A DNA stretch of 64,000 nt from Octopus vulgaris (Eukaryota). The stretch lies in NCBI GenBank assembly GCA_951406725.2, contig OX597825.1, positions 54,374,001 to 54,438,000 of the forward strand, written 5' to 3'. The notes under the pieces were generated by a model, which ran no database searches, was not told the origin of the DNA, and worked only from the letters and a program-made list of their open reading frames with translations. This document shows, one piece after another, positions 56,399-64,000 of this stretch; position 1 is the first letter of the stretch; each line of letters opens with the position of its first letter. A program made the translations under genes and the position numbers.

Positions 56399-56552
56399 GC
56401 AACATGCTTCGCGGCATTTCGTCCCTCTTTACTTCTGAGTTCAAACGCCATTGAGGTTAACTTTAAAATAAGTACCAGTTGAGCAGGCGTGGATGTAATC
56501 GAGTTACTTCCTACCCTGAAATTGCTGGTCAGGTATCAAAATTTGAAACCAG
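56197..56552. mobile_element. SINE family D, locally duplicated in inverted orientation
   Basis: 56237-56305 and 56396-56464 match at 68/69 as reverse complements. Confidence 0.9.
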
Positions 56553-56556
56553 TATG

Positions 56557-56622
<66 letters not shown>

Positions 56623-56889
56623 CAGGTGTGCACACACACATGCTCAAGAGCGCTCGCACACAAATGCTTTTTGACGCATATCTACATATAGACACACGCA
56701 AATGGTAGGGATATTTTTGATACAAGTATAGAAAGGCCGTTGTAAATGAAATCAGTCGCATATTGAGATAATTGGATTTATAGGGTCTAATTTCATTTTG
56801 GAAAACATTATATATATTTTCTTCGGTCATGCGCATGACAATTTTAAAAAATCTAATCGGCAGAATATACATGTAAAGTTGTCGCATAA

Positions 56890-57109
<220 letters not shown>

Positions 57110-59035
57110 TGTATGTATATCTGTGTATATTTGTGCAAATTGGAGATTTAAACTGATTTACTGTAATAAGATTGCACTCCTACCCATTATAGTTAAGAGA
57201 TTAACTCCACGTAGGCTATATAGCCTTGACGATAAAACAAATATGTTATTATATTGTTATTATATTGTTATTACTATATTACATAATATCATTACAAGAT
57301 GGCTATTGTCTTATAGAAATATGTGGTGATACTGCCTGAAAATCTTGAATTCGTAAATATTAAGTGTTATAGATATGATTTGCAATTCAGTTGCTTAAAC
57401 TGAGAATAGTCAAATACTATTAACAACTGTAATCTCTCTTTCTTTCTTTCTTTCTTGCTTTCTTTCTTTCTTTCTTTCTTTCTCTCTTTCTCTCTCTCTC
57501 CCTTTCTCTCTGTTTCCACATACACACGCACACCCATATATTTGTATTTATGCTTCTATCTATTTATCTACACAAACACTAATATATATATACAAATTTA
57601 CACATATATATATACATATATCTATATTTATATATAGATATGTATATATATTCATACCAAAACAATTTATATATATATACATACATACATACATGCATAC
57701 ATACATACATACATATATAAATATACATATAGATGGTGGCTATCAAATCGTGGATGTTAAAGGCAATGGCTATCAGCGATCAATGTCCTTACTATAATTT
57801 AGTCAACAACAACTAGCACAACATCCTACGTGTCTCACCTAAAAAGCCAAGTTATCTAGAAATCAACAGGAGCAACATATCTAACTTTGCAATGAGGTGG
57901 GTGATACTTCAGAATTTCCTTCTCTGAAAGATATATTTAAACATAGACCAGAGATCTCTCACTCCCAGCTGCCGGATGGCCGTTGACTAATGAAATCATC
58001 TGTCTTTTGATAGGCTTTGTTTTTTCATCCTGCAGGTTGTCCATCAAACATGCTTACTTAACATACATAAACACGTATATTATATGACTTATTGTCTAAT
58101 CAGTTTAAATACGTCAAGTGTTTTTGCAAATCTAGGTTGCGTATACATATACAGATATCATATATTAATAAAACCTAAGGTAATTAATTATGATAATATA
58201 CGAAACTCATGTTAGAGTATCAAACGCCAAAAGCTAGCGAATAGGAATATGGAAATATACGAATATATTAAAGAAATCTCAGAAATGTATGGAAATGATA
58301 AGTAGATATTAAAGAAATCAATTAATTTTTTTAGAAATATAAATTTCCTTCTAATTATCATTCATTAGTATATATTTAATTAAAATATTGTCTCCAAATT
58401 TATTTGCACAATTATTTCATCACACCGAAAAATTCTAAAATCTGTGATAGTCACATTGGTTTCTTTCTTTCTTTATTTATTTATTCATTTATTTGGATAA
58501 ATTTGATTCATAAAGCAGAATTGTTAGAGTACGGGATAGGGTAAAATATGTTGTGTTTCGTTACAGTCTTTAATATTCTAAGTTCAAATCCCACAATTAT
58601 CAATATTCATCTCTACAATTTTTGGTTATCGAGAGAATAAGACATACAGCAAGCACTGGTCTCAATTTCATCGATTATACCCTCCTAAGTACTTATAGCT
58701 TCGTGCCTTTATTGTGCCTTATTGCTGTGCTGTTTGTGTGTTTATAGAGTACAGCGACAAAATCCCTCGTAGATTCACCATTCTTGATAACGTTTCAAAA
58801 ACAAAGGCATAGTAAGTGAAGAAATGGCTGAAGCCTTCGCAACAGAAAGACAGTGTCACAACCTGTTTAACTAAACTAGCGGCAAAGTGCTTCAGAATAG
58901 CCTACCGAAGGTTTATAAGCTGCACAACGATTTCGTACTTTAATCATCCTAAATATCTTCCAATAAAATGTAAGCTATGATACTACATGAATTAACGCGC
59001 ATTCTATATTGGGTAAACACTCCAATAGGTCTATA

Positions 59036-59400
59036 CTCTTTACTCTTTTACTTGTTTCAGTCATGTGACTGTGGCCATGCTGGAGCACCGCCTTTAGTTG
59101 ATCAAACCAACCCCAAGACTTATTTTTTGTAAGCCTAGTACTTATTTATCGGTCTCTTTTGCCGAACCGCTAAGTTATGGGGACGTATACACATCAGCAT
59201 CGGTTGTCAAGCGATGTTGGGGGGACAAACACAGACACACAAACACGCACATACACATATGTATAGACATATATACGACGGGCTTTGGTCGGCCCGAGGC
59301 TATAGTAGAAGACACTTACAGAAGGTGCCACGCAGTGGGACTGAACCCGGAACCATGTGGTTCGTAAGTAAGCTACTCACCACATAGCCACTCCTGCGCC
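59036..59400 (-). mobile_element. SINE family A
   Basis: reverse complement of 35285-35699; the head reads ...ccactcctgcgcc on plus. Confidence 0.9.
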
Positions 59401-59619
59401 TATCATCCTCTTTACTTAATATACTTTTAGGCCTGCACTGGTAAAATAATTGCTACTGGCGCTTTTTTCAGGAGTCACTTCGTTAGTCACTGTCATTTGT
59501 CCTTGACATCTCTAAAGTCTTATTTCCCACTCTTTCGGCGAACCCTTTTGTTTCGGGTAGGTAAACTGAGTGCCTAACGGTTGTGGGGTTAAACATATAG
59601 ACACACATGCATACGTCTC

Positions 59620-59676
<57 letters not shown>

Positions 59677-59711
59677 CTGTGTCACTGTCTCTCCCTCTAT
59701 GTATATATATT

Positions 59712-59767
<56 letters not shown>

Positions 59768-59814
59768 TAGAGATGTATACACACACACACACACACACAT
59801 ATATGTATATATGC

Positions 59815-59845
<31 letters not shown>

Positions 59846-59854
59846 TGTATATGA

Positions 59855-60050
59855 AGAGAAGGAGTTTCAACTGGAACCCATTTTATGGTGATCTAAGTAG
59901 AGGGAAGCATCGTCACACATCGACAACTTGATTGCAGCCATTGGTCTGGAATGTATCCAGGACACCCAGGCAGCGATGATGGACCGAGAAGTGTGGGTGT
60001 GGCAGGTGGACTTTATTTATGTGGCTCGGGTTGGAATTCGGCCATAATAC
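59855..60050 (+). mobile_element. RTE-clade LINE 3' end relic
   Basis: WNP..G..SRG / IDNL.A.IGL......AAMMDREVW....RP* resembles the RTE C-terminus. Confidence 0.6.
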
Positions 60051-61393
60051 AAAATAACATGCAGGCATTGCTGTAAAAATAATTAAAGTTTCGTGGAGTC
60101 AGAACAGACACATCCATTTTGCGCGCGTGTGTGTGTGTGTGTGTGTGTGTGCGTGCGTGTGTGCGCGCCGTATAGTTGTAATAACGAAGTCATACAAATA
60201 GTGATATTTTGAAATCAATTAATATCCAGCTTACAACATTTTTGAAAATTCTTTTAATCAGGTTTACTTAATGCAAGCAATCCTTTTAACTTTTACACAA
60301 ATCTGAAACGTTCGTATTAAACGAATTGAAACTGTCACTATTTAGTGTCGCTTCCTTATTACAACTAAGTCGACTATATACGAGTAAAAATTAGCCGCTT
60401 TTGATTCCCCTATTGCGGATAGTCTAACAAAGATTTGTAGCAGTTTGTTATATTTGACTCAATCGAAAATTCTCGTACTGTGCACCGCTTCTTAACGTAA
60501 CGGTATATATGTGTGTATATATAAATATCTCCACATACATATGCGCGTCCGCATGTATATATATATATATATATATACCGCGGGTGGAGGGGTGATCACA
60601 AGTGGATTGGCTTTATTCGTAAGCTATGGTAAGGGTAACCTAAAGTTGACGCTCTCAACGTCGAGAAAAAGACACGCAGATAATGATTATATCTGTTTGC
60701 TTGATTTGCTAGAAATTGCAACCACATTGAGCTCATATTGCACCCTAGATTTTTAGTAAGAAATGGACGCATTGAGTATTGTAGTCCACATCTCACCATG
60801 CCTGAAAAAATCATTAAATGTTTACCGACGGAACATAAATGAGATTTGTTTGACCTAATCTGTTTTGAAGTATCAACAAGTACAGCAAAAAAAAAAAGCA
60901 GAAAGAAACAAGCGTCCTTCGTATTTTTCAGACTAATGCATAGGCAGTGACCCTGACTTTTGTCTCACTTCTATCCGATGATTCCCTCCCCGACTGATTG
61001 TTTTTCTGGTATTATTATCATTGTAGACGTTATTGTCGTTGTTCTACAGCGCCCCCAGGTGATCCCTGATCAAACAAACCCATTATCGCTTCGATGCTTT
61101 ATGTTGCAAAGATCTGAAGAACGAAATTGAATTCTCTAAAATCATTAATTCTAAAAGCTGACCTTCTTTTATTTCTAATTCAAGATTCAAAGTATATTAT
61201 ATGTCCTTAAATTTAATTTTTAGATATTACAAATATATTTTCGTTTTGCTAGTTTTTCATATAAAGTCTAATTAATATTCACATTTATATTCTAATTCTA
61301 ATTACAAAACTAATTAATTCTATAATTACCAGTCTTCCTCTCTCAGTCATCAATGCTGCACACATGACCGATTTATCTAGGTCAGTTAATCGC

Positions 61394-61452
<59 letters not shown>

Positions 61453-61799
61453 ATCTTTGTATTCTTTTTTAATCACGATAATAATTCGGTCAGTGTTCGA
61501 TGAGATTGTAATTCTGGTGTGATGTGGTGTAATGTGCAGCCAACCAAGAAATAAATACAAAACAACATACGCTCAGTGCATCGATGCATATAATGCATAG
61601 GTCAATATGAGATTTTAATTGTGCTTATGTGGCTGGCGGGCTGAGTGACTGCTGATGTTGCTGCTACTGTTACAGCCGCTGCTGCTGCTGCTGCTGCTGC
61701 TGTGCTAATACTGCCGCGGCTGATATAAAAAAAAAATGTTCTACTTTTTTTGTTATTGAAGAGAACTGCGGATGTTGATGTAAATGGTGATGACACTAT

Positions 61800-61853
<54 letters not shown>

Positions 61854-62284
61854 CCCCACCACCACCACAATAGGCCAGATATTAGAACTTCTGCTGTAGT
61901 TGTCATTGTTCATTTTGCAGGTTATGCACAGATAGATACACATAAACAGAAAGATTACCCGATATGTTCATATATATATACATATATGCATGCAGACGCA
62001 TAAACATACATACATATAGGTATGTATGTATGTATGAATGCGTATATATGTTAATCCAATTCACTCTCTCGCTGTCTCTCTCTACCTCACTCATTCTCCC
62101 GCCTCTCTGTCTATATTTATATGGATGTGCAGAAAATGTCTGCTACTTAACTACATGGTTCCGGATTCGGGATTCAGCCCCTAAGCATGGAACTTTTGGT
62201 GACTGAACTCTGTTATAGCCTCGGACCGACCAGACCAAATCCTTGGAAGTAGAACTATTATAAGGAAACTGAAATAAATCTTTC

Positions 62285-62418
<134 letters not shown>

Positions 62419-62672
62419 TGAGAGAGAAAGAGATGGGAAGAGAGATGAGAGACAGATATTCTCAGTATAGAATTCACTTTGTAGTGCTCAAGAGGATTAA
62501 ACTTGAGCAGGTAGAGGAAAAATATAAGGCTAAGCAAGCTAAGCATGCCGACATACAAAAACTTTAAATACTTTTAATACAAAAATGTACATATATTTTG
62601 ATTTTAATCACATTTCTGTCAACAACTCCCAAATGTAAAACTTTTTTCTGTGACGACGGAGGCTAATATTAT

Positions 62673-62738
62673 CTGATGATGGAAGCAATTTACAATCATT
62701 ATTTTGGACCACCAAGCCCCCAGAAACAGCTGTTGGGA
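62673..62738 (+). ncRNA. hammerhead motif with intact core and decayed stem I
   Basis: CTGATGA-tgg...cca-GAAAC-agct-GTT; palindromic ACAGCTGT stem III. Confidence 0.55.
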
Positions 62739-62874
62739 ACGTAAAACTCTTATTCAACTCCTTTAATTCCTGTTATCATTTCTATTCTGTGTACGTCGAT
62801 CCTTTTATATGTAAAATTTTTGTCTTTCGACTTGTTTAACTTGCTTATCCTTACGTTTACTCCTACATATACCT

Positions 62875-63204
62875 ATAATCGATTAAACAAGCAGAAGATG
62901 GAATTAATATAACTCTATAGTTTGTACCCCGATCCATTTGACCCATCCTGCGCCGATCTTTTATCGGCGGGATGCTGTGCATCATACTATGTTTCACCTA
63001 TTTTGCAGTCTGGTTCACATCAAACACTTTCATATTACTTTACGTATGAATGTACCTGATGCGACCCAGACTGCAAGGTTGATGCAACATAGTATGATGA
63101 TTGGCTTCCCTCCCATAAAGGACAGTCGCAGAATGGGTGGAAACGATCGTCCTAGAAAATAAAGAGTTATATTAATTCCATCTTCAGTTTACTTAATCGA
63201 TTAT
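62875..63204. mobile_element. imperfect 330-bp palindrome carrying two decayed hammerheads
   Basis: arms of ~160 bp around loop 63035-63044; e.g. catcatactatgtt/aacatagtatgatg, ttgcagtctgg/ccagactgcaa, aagatggaattaatataactct/agagttatattaattccatctt. Confidence 0.8.
63051..63155 (+). ncRNA. decayed type-I hammerhead (right arm of palindrome)
   Basis: tgtac-CTGATGC-gaccca...tgggtg-GAAAC-gatc-GTC; the left arm preserves the tgggtc and gtaca partners missing here. Confidence 0.6.
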
Positions 63205-63259
63205 TATCTCCACACTAATTGACGTATACTAATTAGTCCAAAATATTACATATAAATAA

Positions 63260-63600
<341 letters not shown>

Positions 63601-64000
63601 GAAAAAAAAAGATGAGTGAGAGAAAAACAATCAAACTAACAAATCATTAAACAAGCCAGACAGAAAAACAAAATGGTGGATAATCATCAAAGATATAGAA
63701 ACGAAATAAAACCAAAAATATATTGAAGAGCATAACAACAACACGATAAAACAAATTTGCAAAATATTTGAGATCTAGAAACAGATGGGAAAAAATTAGG
63801 TAAAAGGAAGAATGAAGATAAATACTTAAGAATATTGCTTGGAAGAGAAACAAAAGATTTTTATAGGAGAACAGAAGAATATGGAAATACTTTGACAGAA
63901 ATAGTTAAGATATACAAATTAGTAAACAATACTTATTTGTGTGACACACCATTGTGTTACACTTTGCAGCGTGCGTGTGTATGTGTATGTGTCTATGCGT

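Noticed and set aside
61110-61140. CTGAAGA-ac-GAAA hammerhead-like core
   Set aside because: No room for stem II and no convincing stems I or III

Overview
AT-rich, gene-free eukaryotic intergenic or intronic DNA saturated with microsatellites ((TA)n, (CA)n, (GATA)n, (TTA)n, (CTT)n) and transposon relics. The tRNA-headed SINE families and overall texture resemble octopus (coleoid cephalopod) genomes; this is recognition from memory, not a database result. No host protein-coding gene is supported, and nearly all listed ORFs are microsatellite translations. Recognisable elements: four tRNA-headed SINE families, decayed R4/Dong-like, CR1 and RTE LINE fragments, two Tc1/mariner relics, a complete non-autonomous Helitron and Penelope-like (PLE) relics. 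The most notable signal is a recurring set of type-I hammerhead-ribozyme motifs (CUGANGA...GAAA, short and mostly palindromic stem III) from several unrelated sequence families. Two of them sit in ~300-bp palindromes that put one hammerhead on each strand, reading outward from the axis (11436-11726, with one near-intact copy; 62875-63204, with complementary decayed copies). The window also has many local inverted duplications and a perfect 75-bp inverted copy that looks like a templated insertion. All alignments and identities were done by eye.
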